Assembly (NCBI GenBank): GCA_963796335.1
Contig: CAWCLG010000006.1
Span: 950,939 to 1,014,938 of the forward strand
DNA length: 64,000 nucleotides
DNA from: an uncultured Gemmatimonadales bacterium
Lineage (GTDB): Bacteria > Gemmatimonadota > Gemmatimonadetes > Gemmatimonadales > GWC2-71-9
Direction: 5' to 3'
The notes below the pieces were generated by a model, which ran no database searches, had not been told where the DNA came from, and saw only the letters and a list, made by a program, of their open reading frames with translations. The translations under genes and the position numbers were made by a program. Of the stretch, positions 10,285 through 18,708 are shown piece by piece. Position 1 is the stretch's first letter. Each line of letters opens with the position of its first letter.

Positions 10285-10316
10285 CCATCCGTCACGGAGC
10301 CGTCCAGCCGAACTCG

Positions 10317-11453
10317 TCAAGGGTGCAGCGGAGTTTCATCGAACAGATCCCTCGGCCTCAGGTCAAACCCTCCCCACATCAGCAACGCCACCCCGTTCCA
10401 GAACCCACTCCTCTCGATCCCATCCTCGCTTCGGGGCAGGTGGTGCACCGGCGAGATGTGCCAGAGCACCACGTCGGCGTCGGTGACGGTCTCCGCGTTC
10501 GAGACGTACGCCGGGAGCTGGTGGTAGAACAGATCCGCGGGATGATATCTCGTCACCCAGAAGTCGGCCTTGGTGAAGGCTTCATCGTGACGGGCCGTGC
10601 CTTGGCGCAACGGGATCAGGTCGTAGGCGATCGGATGCCCCTGGGCGTTCTGCATCCCCAGGTCCTGCACCCGCACCTGGGTGAACTGCGGATCGACCCA
10701 CACGGCTGAGCCCTCTTTGCCGCCGTGGAACGGGGCCGCGGTGTCGATCGCCTGGAGCGGATCACCCAGGGCAGGCTCCAGGTGGCGGACCAGCACCGCC
10801 GCATCGCGGGAGAACCCGTTGAGGTCGACGTCCAGCCGCCAGAGCGCGTTATGCATGTGGGCCACGGTCTCCATCCCCGGCAGGTTCCGGGCGGTGGCCC
10901 CGATCCGAAACGCGACCGTGCCGTCGTCTCGGAAACCGTACTGCATCACGTAGTTGTAGTTCGCCGCGTCCAGCGTCCCCCACAGCACCAGCTCCTGTCC
11001 CCGGCGCACGGCCGTGTCGTCCTTCCAGAGCGGGCCGTAGTCCCGCACTTCCTTGACCACCCGGGGCGGACTGCCCAGGAGCGTGCCGCAGCAGCCGGCA
11101 TCGGCGGGCGTCGCTTCGACCAGGTCGAACCCGAACGAGGTCAGGTCGTAGTAGCGGGGAGAGCCGACGTGGTACGGGACGAACAGCTCGGCGACGCGCG
11201 CGTCCCAGATCACCCGCATCCACGCCGAGGCCGGTGACCGCCGGAACCAGGCGCCGGTGATGTACAGGCCTTTGCCGGGTTCCGAAGCCCAGCTGACACG
11301 CCATGCCGTCTCCATGGTCCCGCCGGCAGGGAACTCCTGCACCACTTCATTGGGGGGTGTGTTCGAGGGTTGGGCCGTGAACCGCTGGCAGCAGCGACGA
11401 GCGCAGCCGGAGGCGGCGAATGCGAGGAGCAAAGCCAGGATGGCGGTACGCAT
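10317..11453 (-). CDS. copper amine oxidase catalytic-domain-like lipoprotein
   Basis: Lipobox MRTAILALLLAFAASGC. AANYNYVMQYGFRDDGTVAFRIGATA matches the TPQ site (T-x-x-N-Y-D/E-Y). VAHMHNALWRLDVDLNG matches the HxH copper ligands. VVLWHISPVHHLPRSED matches the third-His region. Confidence 0.8.
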   Translation of the reverse strand: MRTAILALLLAFAASGCARRCCQRFTAQPSNTPPNEVVQEFPAGGTMETAWRVSWASEPGKGLYITGAWFRRSPASAWMRVIWDARVAELFVPYHVGSPRYYDLTSFGFDLVEATPADAGCCGTLLGSPPRVVKEVRDYGPLWKDDTAVRRGQELVLWGTLDAANYNYVMQYGFRDDGTVAFRIGATARNLPGMETVAHMHNALWRLDVDLNGFSRDAAVLVRHLEPALGDPLQAIDTAAPFHGGKEGSAVWVDPQFTQVRVQDLGMQNAQGHPIAYDLIPLRQGTARHDEAFTKADFWVTRYHPADLFYHQLPAYVSNAETVTDADVVLWHISPVHHLPRSEDGIERSGFWNGVALLMWGGFDLRPRDLFDETPLHP

Positions 11454-11471
11454 GGCTGGATCTCCGGATGG

Positions 11472-12068
11472 CTAGCGTGGCTGGTCTTCGATCAGGACGT
11501 CCCGGGTCGAGAGGTTCACCGTGACGATCGGCCTTCGGAGGTAGTCGGGGCCGACGCGGAAGAGCAGACGAACCACGCGTTGTCCTGCCAGGGGGTCTTT
11601 CGGGTCGGAGGTGCGGAGGATCAGCGGTTCTACCACCAACCTGTCGCGATAGGGGGCCAGCTCGCGCGCCACGGCGCTGTCCAACAGCGCCAGCTCCCGC
11701 GCCTGCTCGAACTCCATCGGCGAGAGCGGGACCGGGAGATGCGCGATGGTGTCCTGCCGGATGACTTTTCTGTCTCGCAGGTTCACGAACGTCAGGATGG
11801 CAAGGTCGCCCTGGTACTGGTAATGGGTGACCAGGGCCTGCCGGGTCTCGCCTCCGGCTTCCTCTGCTGCCTTGTCCCGGAACAACTCTGCTCGGACCGG
11901 GTATATCCGCCGCTGGGCCAGCGGTCCTGCCCGGCTCAGCAGTTCTTCCGCGATCGAAGTGGCGGTTTGGCGCTCTTCCGCTGAGAGGCCGGCTTGGGCG
12001 GCGGCGAGGGACGGGCTGATGCTGCCGAGGAGCAGTACGGCGAGGGGGATGCTATGGTGCGGAGACAT
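11472..12068 (-). CDS. secreted protein resembling copper amine oxidase N2/N3 domains
   Basis: Signal peptide MSPHHSIPLAVLLLGSISPSLAAAQA. LSAEERQTATSIAEELL and VPLSPMEFEQARELALLDSAVARELAP resemble the two N-terminal CuAO domain openings. It ends 18 bp upstream of the catalytic-domain gene on the same strand. Confidence 0.5.
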   Translation of the reverse strand: MSPHHSIPLAVLLLGSISPSLAAAQAGLSAEERQTATSIAEELLSRAGPLAQRRIYPVRAELFRDKAAEEAGGETRQALVTHYQYQGDLAILTFVNLRDRKVIRQDTIAHLPVPLSPMEFEQARELALLDSAVARELAPYRDRLVVEPLILRTSDPKDPLAGQRVVRLLFRVGPDYLRRPIVTVNLSTRDVLIEDQPR

Positions 12069-12238
12069 GGTGACTCCGGCGTCTGTCAGGGGGCTGACCG
12101 GAGGAGTTTGGGGCCGGGTACAGGGCCGTACTAGGCCCTTTTTGCGACAACAGGGGGCCGAAATGCGTCAACCATGGGATCATCGGCCACTGCGGAGAAG
12201 AGCGCTCAGCCGTTAGGAGACGTGTCGTCCGCGTGGAA

Positions 12239-12267
12239 TTGATGACGGCGGTGGCCGAGCGTATTGT
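12239..12267 (+). promoter_or_regulatory. sigma70-like promoter of DUF1640-like gene copy 1 (TTGATG-N17-TATTGT)
   Basis: TTGATG at 12239-12244, a 17-nt spacer, then TATTGT at 12262-12267. The same block with TATAGT occurs at 22154-22182 upstream of the paralog. Confidence 0.5.
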
Positions 12268-12301
12268 TATCCTATCACCGGTTCAATTCGCGGAGTTTCG
12301 A

Positions 12302-12604
12302 GTGCCGGTGACCGCCAAGCTGTCCAAGCGCTTCTATGACGTCCTAGGCGAGGACGTCGCCAATGAGCTGGTCGACTGGTTCAACGCCGTGGACCTTACC
12401 TACCGTACCGACCTTCGGCAACTAAACGAGCTCAACTTCGCACGCTTCGATGCGAAGCTGGAGCAGCGCATCGCGGAACTGCGTGCTGCGGTCCACGCCG
12501 ACGTCCAGCAGGTCCGCATCGACCTGCTTCGCTGGATGTTCGGCTTCTGGGTCACTACCCTGATCGGCATCGCCGGCCTCCTGATCGCGTTACGCGGGCA
12601 GTAG
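12302..12604 (+). CDS. tail-anchored coiled-coil membrane protein (DUF1640-like), copy 1
   Basis: GTG 12302 follows GGAG. The protein reads VPVTAKLSKRFYDVLGEDVANELVDWFNAVD...coiled coil...LLRWMFGFWVTTLIGIAGLLIALRGQ, ending in a C-terminal TM. By eye it is about 90% nucleotide-identical to 22217..22552. Confidence 0.7.
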   Translation: MPVTAKLSKRFYDVLGEDVANELVDWFNAVDLTYRTDLRQLNELNFARFDAKLEQRIAELRAAVHADVQQVRIDLLRWMFGFWVTTLIGIAGLLIALRGQ

Positions 12605-12618
12605 CCTCAAAAAACCGA

Positions 12619-12657
12619 CAGGGCGGCGATCAGTGAGATATCCTGTTCGCCGCCCTG
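12619..12657. terminator. bidirectional stem-loop between convergent genes
   Basis: A perfect 11-bp stem, CAGGGCGGCGA (12619-12629) paired with TCGCCGCCCTG (12647-12657). It is flanked by AAAAAA on one side and CACTTTCT on the other. Confidence 0.6.
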
Positions 12658-12667
12658 CACTTTCTCG

Positions 12668-13258
12668 TTACTTCCCAGCTACCCCCGCTCCCGCCCTCAT
12701 CGCGACCCGATCCACCTCTGTCGCTGCAAGCTTATGAGCTTGCACCCCATTCCCGACCGCGACGTCCAGCAGCCGGTCCGCCCCCTCAGCTAGCGCCTTG
12801 CGAGCCGCTCCGTCCTGCATCCGCGACGCGAAACCCGCGAACGTCAGCGCACCGACGAGCCGCATGCCGGCGATGTCCCAAACCGGACCGTCGGGATCCC
12901 ACGGGTCAGGAAAGGGACCCCGGGGATCCGGCCCGGGCCCCGGCCACGGCCAGGGCCAGCGGCCGTTGCCGCACCATTCATCGAGCACGCTGTCGATCAG
13001 ACGCCCGGGGTTGCCGCCCGAGGCCTGGGCGGCCACCGCAGCCGCGGCGATCTCGTGGGCCACCTGGGCCGCGGCGAAGAACTGGAGCTCCTTGGGAGGC
13101 AGCGGCTGAGGGTTCAGCTCGGCCGCCACCTCGTCACGGAACACGCTGATGCGCCGCGCACCGGCCGTCTGCAGGACCGGTCCATGGGGGAAGATGAAGT
13201 CGTAAATCGCCGGATTGAGCCTGCCGAGGATGGCGGCCATTGCGGCCAGCGTAGCCAT
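12668..13258 (-). CDS. hypothetical protein with a W/P-rich segment (WPWPWPGPGPDPRGPFPDPWDPDGPVWD)
   Basis: ATG 13258 follows AAGGAG. The ORF is intact with no recognisable family motif. Confidence 0.5.
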   Translation of the reverse strand: MATLAAMAAILGRLNPAIYDFIFPHGPVLQTAGARRISVFRDEVAAELNPQPLPPKELQFFAAAQVAHEIAAAAVAAQASGGNPGRLIDSVLDEWCGNGRWPWPWPGPGPDPRGPFPDPWDPDGPVWDIAGMRLVGALTFAGFASRMQDGAARKALAEGADRLLDVAVGNGVQAHKLAATEVDRVAMRAGAGVAGK

Positions 13259-13355
13259 TGTTGGACTCCTTGCGAGGATGTCTCGCGGTTGGGGGTGACG
13301 CTTGGACCCCCACAATGGCTCCGCCGGCGTCATTCCACGGTCATGCCACCGTCAT

Positions 13356-13532
13356 CTAGTAGGGCTTGGAGGTATCGGCCGCCGCGGCGGAGTCCCCGGC
13401 CTGCACCGGGTTCGGATCCACCGCGGTGGAGTCGTTGGGACGCGCCATGCCGGTGTCCCGTTTGGCGCAGGACTGCAAGGTGAGGCCGGCGGCGAGCATG
13501 GACGCTAGGGACAACATCGTGACGGTACGCAT
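13356..13532 (-). CDS. small lipoprotein (58 aa)
   Basis: MRTVTMLSLASMLAAGLTLQSC lipobox. GAGG lies upstream of the ATG. The gene starts 3 bp after the kinase stop. Confidence 0.5.
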   Translation of the reverse strand: MRTVTMLSLASMLAAGLTLQSCAKRDTGMARPNDSTAVDPNPVQAGDSAAAADTSKPY

Positions 13533-13534
13533 GG

Positions 13535-16234
13535 TTACCTCGTGGGTTGAGATGCTGCTTTCGGCCAGTCGGACCCTGGAGCCCGATTCAGGTCGAAGGT
13601 GAACGCAAGGCCGCCGAGAGCGATATGGCTCGCGGGTATCCCTGCGGTGGACAAAGCCATTGAACGAAACTCCGCGGCGGTCTTCGAGTCGCCCAGCCGC
13701 TGGTGAGCTAACGCCACCAGGCACCGGGTCATGATGGCCGGCACTCGGTCCAGGGCCGTGGGATCGTGCTCCCCCTCCCGCGCGCTGTCGCCCAGCAGCT
13801 CGACCACGCGGGACCAGTCGCCCTTGCGCCCCGCCAGGATCGCTTCGATCGCGCGCGGGCCCTGACCTAGCCGCCCCCGGACGGCGGGCGAGAGGGCGTC
13901 GAGCCGCTTCAAGATCGCCGTAGCCTCCATCGTATCGCCCAGGAGCGCCATCCGGAGCCCTCGCTCCGTCACGGCGCCGGGCGCCGAGTCGGACTTCACC
14001 AGGGTTCCCGGGTCGATCCCCACGGCAGGAGTGGCGAACGCGAGGATGGAGCGGGCGCTCTCGTACCAGTATCGGGACGGCGGCGAGGCCTCGCGGGCCT
14101 CGCGACGCAGCAGCGCATCCGCCGCTCTCGGCGACCCCGTCGCCGCCAGCACGGCCACCCTCGCGGTCGTGGCCTCGACCCGGAGCGCCGGCGGTGTGGC
14201 GCTTCCCGCCAGCAGCGCTGCCGCCAAGCTGTCGGCCCCGCGCCAATCCGCTTCCACCAGCCGGAACCGGAGCGACGCATAGTGGGCGTACGCGCCGGTG
14301 AGGTCGCGGGCCTTGGCCCGGGCCCGGTCGAGCTGCCCCAGAGCCAGGAGCATGTCGGTCGCGTTCATGATGGCGGCCTGCGCCTCCCGGGGGCCGAACG
14401 GGCTGTTGTCGGCCGCCCCCTCGAAGTCGTCCAGCGCCGCCTGATACTTCCCCAACAGCGACAGGTAGAACCCTCGGTTGGTCCGTCCCCCGATCGAGCG
14501 CGGAGTCTCCGCCAGGTACCGGTCGTACCATTGGATCGCCTGCGGGATGTCGCGATCGAGCACGTACGCCGCGTCTCCCCGCAGCCGGTACGCCTGGCTG
14601 GTGCTGAGACGCGCCGGCCGTTTCAACGCCTCGAGGTACGCCACCCGCGCCGAGTCGAGGTTGCGCGCTTCCACATGGTTGAGGCCAATCATGGCGTAGG
14701 CTGCCGCGAAGCCGGTGTCGAGCGCGATCGCTTCCTGCAACAGATGGGTGCTGCCGGCCACGTTCCCCTGCTGCTTCTGCCCAACCGCCTCGATGTAGCG
14801 GCGGTACGCCGGCAGGGAAGGGGTGGCGATGTCGAGCAGCACCTGGTTGGCTGTCAGGTCCTCGCGGCGCTCGCCCAGGGACCGCCGCAGGTCGCGGCCG
14901 GCCCGCTCAACCGCGGGCACGAGGCTGTCTCCGCTGGCGGTGACCGTGATCGAGGCCAGGGGATCGCCGTTCTCGACGCCGACCGCCCGCACCTGTACCG
15001 AATACCCCGTCCCTCGCCGGGCGACGGTGCCGCCGATGACGACACGGATCGCGCTTCGGAACGCCAGCTCCCTCGCCAGGTCCGGGTTGACCCGGGTCGA
15101 CTCCGGCAGACCTGCGGCTCGCAGCGTGCCTGCCAGCTGCGATCGCGGCATGGTGGTCAGGTAGCGCGACTGGTTCAGCTCCGTCGTCACCAGCTCCCGC
15201 ACCGCCGTCGCCAGCGTCGGATCGCCCGCCGGGCCATCGAAATCGGAGACCAGCACCCAATCGCGCTCCCGCAGTGGCGCCGGCGATCGCCCAGCCACCG
15301 CCACACCGGCCAGCGCGGCCAGCCCCCCGACGCCCGCCACTGCCAGCCCGGTCCGCCACCATCGCGGCACCAGTCGCCGCCGGCGCCGCCGCTTGGGATC
15401 CTCCAGCGCCTGGAGAAACTCCTCGACCGACGCGAAGCGGTCGTCCGGCAACTTGGCCAGCGCCTGCTCCACGCTCGCCTCGACCGACGCCGGCAGGCCG
15501 GACCGCCGCCGGCGCAGCGGCGCGGGGATGTCCGCGGCGTGTTGCGACAGCACGGCGTGCACCGAGGAACCGTAGAACGGCGGATCGCCCGCCAGCATCT
15601 CGTACATCACGCAGGCCAGGCTGTAGAGATCGCTCCGCGGCCCTACCGTCCCTTTGCCCCAGGCCTGCTCCGGACTCATGTACTGCGGCGTGCCGACCGC
15701 CACGCCCGACTGGGTCAGCCGGCTCGCGCCGGGCTCCTCCAGCGCGAGGGCCAGCCCGAAGTCGGCGACCAGCGCGTGATCTCCCTGGAGCAGGATGTTC
15801 TCCGGCTTCACGTCGCGGTGGACCACACCCTGGCCGTGGGCATGGGCCAGCGCGGCCCCCACGTCCCGGACGATCCGGAGCGCTTCCGCGACCGGCAGCG
15901 GACCGGTCCGCTCCAGCCGCTGGCGCAGGGTCTCGCCCTCGACGAACGGCATCGTGAAGTAGAGGAGCCCGTCGGCTTCGCCCGAGTCGTGGACCGGCAG
16001 GATGCAGGGATGGTGCAGGCGGGCGGCGGTGCGGATCTCCCGGAGGAACCGGTCGGCCCCGACGACCAGCGCGATCTCCGGCCGGAGCGCCTTGAGGGCG
16101 ACCAGCCGGTCGTGCTTCAGGTCCCGGGCCAGATAGACCGTAGCGGTGGCCCCGGCCCCGAGCTGCCGCTCGATGCGGAATTCGCCCGAGACCGCCGGAG
16201 CCAGTCGCTCCAGCAGGCTTGTCGGCACCAACAC
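13535..16234 (-). CDS. Ser/Thr protein kinase with TM, periplasmic module and long TPR region
   Basis: Kinase motifs GAGATATVY, VALK, HRDVKPEN, DFG and GTPQYMSPEQ are present. TM segment WWRTGLAVAGVGGLAALAGVAVAG. TPR-like repeats run to the C-terminus. The start is placed at the GTG/TTG cluster at 16228-16234; the longer track ORF (to 16477) would overlap the divergent gene. Confidence 0.9.
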   Translation of the reverse strand: MLVPTSLLERLAPAVSGEFRIERQLGAGATATVYLARDLKHDRLVALKALRPEIALVVGADRFLREIRTAARLHHPCILPVHDSGEADGLLYFTMPFVEGETLRQRLERTGPLPVAEALRIVRDVGAALAHAHGQGVVHRDVKPENILLQGDHALVADFGLALALEEPGASRLTQSGVAVGTPQYMSPEQAWGKGTVGPRSDLYSLACVMYEMLAGDPPFYGSSVHAVLSQHAADIPAPLRRRRSGLPASVEASVEQALAKLPDDRFASVEEFLQALEDPKRRRRRRLVPRWWRTGLAVAGVGGLAALAGVAVAGRSPAPLRERDWVLVSDFDGPAGDPTLATAVRELVTTELNQSRYLTTMPRSQLAGTLRAAGLPESTRVNPDLARELAFRSAIRVVIGGTVARRGTGYSVQVRAVGVENGDPLASITVTASGDSLVPAVERAGRDLRRSLGERREDLTANQVLLDIATPSLPAYRRYIEAVGQKQQGNVAGSTHLLQEAIALDTGFAAAYAMIGLNHVEARNLDSARVAYLEALKRPARLSTSQAYRLRGDAAYVLDRDIPQAIQWYDRYLAETPRSIGGRTNRGFYLSLLGKYQAALDDFEGAADNSPFGPREAQAAIMNATDMLLALGQLDRARAKARDLTGAYAHYASLRFRLVEADWRGADSLAAALLAGSATPPALRVEATTARVAVLAATGSPRAADALLRREAREASPPSRYWYESARSILAFATPAVGIDPGTLVKSDSAPGAVTERGLRMALLGDTMEATAILKRLDALSPAVRGRLGQGPRAIEAILAGRKGDWSRVVELLGDSAREGEHDPTALDRVPAIMTRCLVALAHQRLGDSKTAAEFRSMALSTAGIPASHIALGGLAFTFDLNRAPGSDWPKAASQPTR

Positions 16235-16340
16235 TCCGTGACGGAAGAGGTTCGGTGATGCTAGCACCCGGGTGGGAGCCGGACAAGGATACCAGCGCTC
16301 CGGCGGCCGTTCTATGTTCCGTCTCCCCACTGGAGACGGC

Positions 16341-17951
16341 ATGCTCCGATTGACCACGTTCGGCGGGGTGGAGCTCCGCGAAGACGGGGCCCCCCACCTC
16401 GGCGCCGCGACCCAGCGCCGCCGCCTCGCGCTCCTCGTCCTGCTCGGCAGCGCTCGCGCGCCGGTGGCGCGGGACAAGCTGGTCGCCTGGCTCTGGCCCG
16501 ACCATCCGTCCGAGCAGGCCCGTCACTCCCTCCGCCAGGCACTGCACACCCTCCAGCGGTCGCTGCCCGGCGTGGTGCTGGTCAGCGGTGAGAACCTGGC
16601 GCTCGATCCCGCGCGCATCGCCACCGACGTGGGAGAGCTGGAGGACGCGGCGTTGGCCGGGACGGAGGACGCGATCGTCACGCTGTACCGGGGGCCGTTC
16701 CTCGACGGGTTCTTCCTGAACGACGCGCCGGCCTTCGAGCGGTGGGCCGATGGCCAGCGGGTCCGCTACGCCGGCCTCTTCACCGCGGCCCTGGAGTCGG
16801 TGGCCGGGCGCGCCGGCCGCGCCGGCAATCATGTCGAGGCGATCGGATGGTGGCGCCGGCTCACCGGCGAGGACAGCCTGAACGCCCGCTACGCCCTCGG
16901 CCTCATGCGAGCCCTTGCCGACGCTCAGGACCGCGCCGGCGCCCTCCGCTATGCGGGAGTCTATGCGGGGATGATGCGGCAGGAGCTGGGAGCCGCGGTG
17001 GATCCGGCCGTCGAGGCGTTCGCCCGCCGGCTCCGCGAGGCCGAGCCCGAGAGCGCGGAGGCCTCGACTCCGGCGCCGCTGGTCCAGACGCGGGAGCGAG
17101 CCCGGCATCGCCAGCGAACCTGGCTCGAGCGCACCTTCGCCGACCGCTACCTGCTGGCCCCGTCGTCTTCCGGGGGCACCGCCGTGGTTTCCTACCGGGC
17201 GCGACGGCTCGAGGCCGGGGACGAGGTGGAGATTCACCTGCTCGATCCCGGGCTGTCCGTCGCGGCCGATCCCGACCGGCTGCTGGCCTCCCTCGAACGA
17301 GTCGCCCAGATGCGCGCGCCGCGGATGGGACCGCTGCTCGAGGTCGGCAGTGCCGACGGCGTGGTCTACTATGTGACGTCGCGCCCGCCGGGGGAGACGT
17401 TGCGCGAGAAGCTCGGTCGAGAGCGGCAGCTGCCGTTGCCGGAGGCGGTCGCCATCACCGATGGGATCGGGGAGGCACTGGAGGCGGCCCACGCTGGGGG
17501 CGTCCGGCACGGGGACCTGCGGCCGCGGCACGTGCACGTGAATGACGGAGACGTCGTCGTGGCCGGCTTCGGGATCGCGGACGCCTTGCTCGACGCGACC
17601 CGGTCCGACCGGTCGTCCGCCATGCTCCGGTTCGGGTCGCCAGCCTATCAGAGTCCGGAACAGCTCGCGGGCGACCCACGCCTTGACGAGCGGTCCGACC
17701 TCTACAGCCTGGGCTGCATTCTTTTTGAGATGCTGGCCGGCGAGGTGCCGTTCGCCAGCGCCGACCGGCCGGCCCTGATCCACGGCAAGCTCACCGGCGG
17801 CGCCGCGTCGGTGCGCCCGCGCCGCGATTCCGTGAGCGACGCGCTCGACCAGGTCGTGAGCCGCTGCCTGGCCCGCTCTCCGGCCGACCGGTTTCCCTCC
17901 GCCACCGCTCTCCGCGCCGCGCTGCATGCCGCCACCCATCTCCCGGCCTGA
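16341..17951 (+). CDS. SARP (winged helix + BTAD) regulator fused to a degenerate kinase-like (pseudokinase) domain
   Basis: The N-terminal part reads MLRLTTFGGVELRE...QRRRLALLVLL...LYRGPFLDGFFLNDAPAFERW...YALGLMRAL. In the C-terminal domain the beta3 Lys position is VEIHLL, the catalytic loop is HGDLRPRHV and DFG is replaced by GFG. SPAYQSPEQ and DLYSLGCILFEML are retained. An alternative ATG lies at 16314. Confidence 0.85.
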   Translation: MLRLTTFGGVELREDGAPHLGAATQRRRLALLVLLGSARAPVARDKLVAWLWPDHPSEQARHSLRQALHTLQRSLPGVVLVSGENLALDPARIATDVGELEDAALAGTEDAIVTLYRGPFLDGFFLNDAPAFERWADGQRVRYAGLFTAALESVAGRAGRAGNHVEAIGWWRRLTGEDSLNARYALGLMRALADAQDRAGALRYAGVYAGMMRQELGAAVDPAVEAFARRLREAEPESAEASTPAPLVQTRERARHRQRTWLERTFADRYLLAPSSSGGTAVVSYRARRLEAGDEVEIHLLDPGLSVAADPDRLLASLERVAQMRAPRMGPLLEVGSADGVVYYVTSRPPGETLREKLGRERQLPLPEAVAITDGIGEALEAAHAGGVRHGDLRPRHVHVNDGDVVVAGFGIADALLDATRSDRSSAMLRFGSPAYQSPEQLAGDPRLDERSDLYSLGCILFEMLAGEVPFASADRPALIHGKLTGGAASVRPRRDSVSDALDQVVSRCLARSPADRFPSATALRAALHAATHLPA

Positions 17952-17957
17952 AGAGGA

Positions 17958-18542
17958 TCAAAGAGGCTCGATCGTCGTGATCGCCCTGACATCGTTGAAG
18001 CGGAAGTCCGCGCCGACCGACGAGAACAGCATCTCGGTGGTGATGGCCGTGTCGAACCCGATCGAGAACTGAACCCCGACGGAGATGCCGATCGAGTAGA
18101 GAAAGGGCTGTCCCAGCGGGAGCTCCCAGGTGTTCTGCGCCGAGACCCCGCCGCTGTGATCGCCTTTCGCGTTGAGGCTGTCGAACGTCTTGATCCGCTT
18201 GGGCCCGTCGTAGATGTGGACGTTCCGGATCTCCGCGTTGTCGGCGCGGTAGAGCACGAAGACCCGCTCGAGCCTGGGCCGGTTGCCATCCACCAGCACC
18301 GGCGTGGGAATCGCGACGTGAAACCAGGTGAACGCGCCTGGCCGGCCGTTGAACGACGTCCCCCAGCCGACCCGCCTCATATCGTTCACAGCGGTCGGAT
18401 CCTCGAGCTGGAACGCCGTGCCGTGGATCCAGCTGGCGCTGAGCCCTTCCGCTCCCTTGGTCTTGGGCGCCGCGACGTCAGCCAGATAGGTCGCGCCGAG
18501 CAGGCCCATTCCGGCCTGCCCGACCCATGCTCGCCGTTTCAT
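17958..18542 (-). CDS. secreted hypothetical protein (possible Tat signal)
   Basis: ATG 18542 follows GGAGGA. N-terminus MKRRAWVGQAGMGLLGATYLADVAAP. The ORF is intact. Confidence 0.6.
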   Translation of the reverse strand: MKRRAWVGQAGMGLLGATYLADVAAPKTKGAEGLSASWIHGTAFQLEDPTAVNDMRRVGWGTSFNGRPGAFTWFHVAIPTPVLVDGNRPRLERVFVLYRADNAEIRNVHIYDGPKRIKTFDSLNAKGDHSGGVSAQNTWELPLGQPFLYSIGISVGVQFSIGFDTAITTEMLFSSVGADFRFNDVRAITTIEPL

Positions 18543-18708
18543 TTCATCCTCCGTATTGGCAAACCGGCGATTCAAGCCGGTTGATAGGCCCCTTGAGTGC
18601 GTACAGGTTAGGCGGCTGCCGTCATGCCGCTGTCATCAGGCCGTCACCTCGTGTCACGATTCCCATCTTGTGCCGCGCGGGACGGCTCGCCACCTTCAGC
18701 CACCTTCC

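Noticed and set aside
14907-17939. A 1010-aa minus-strand ORF, and the 658-aa plus ORF 14282..16258, overlapping the kinase and SARP-pseudokinase genes
   Set aside because: Both are R/G/A/P-rich out-of-frame or antisense read-throughs. They span two convincingly coding genes on opposite strands and have no recognisable domains.
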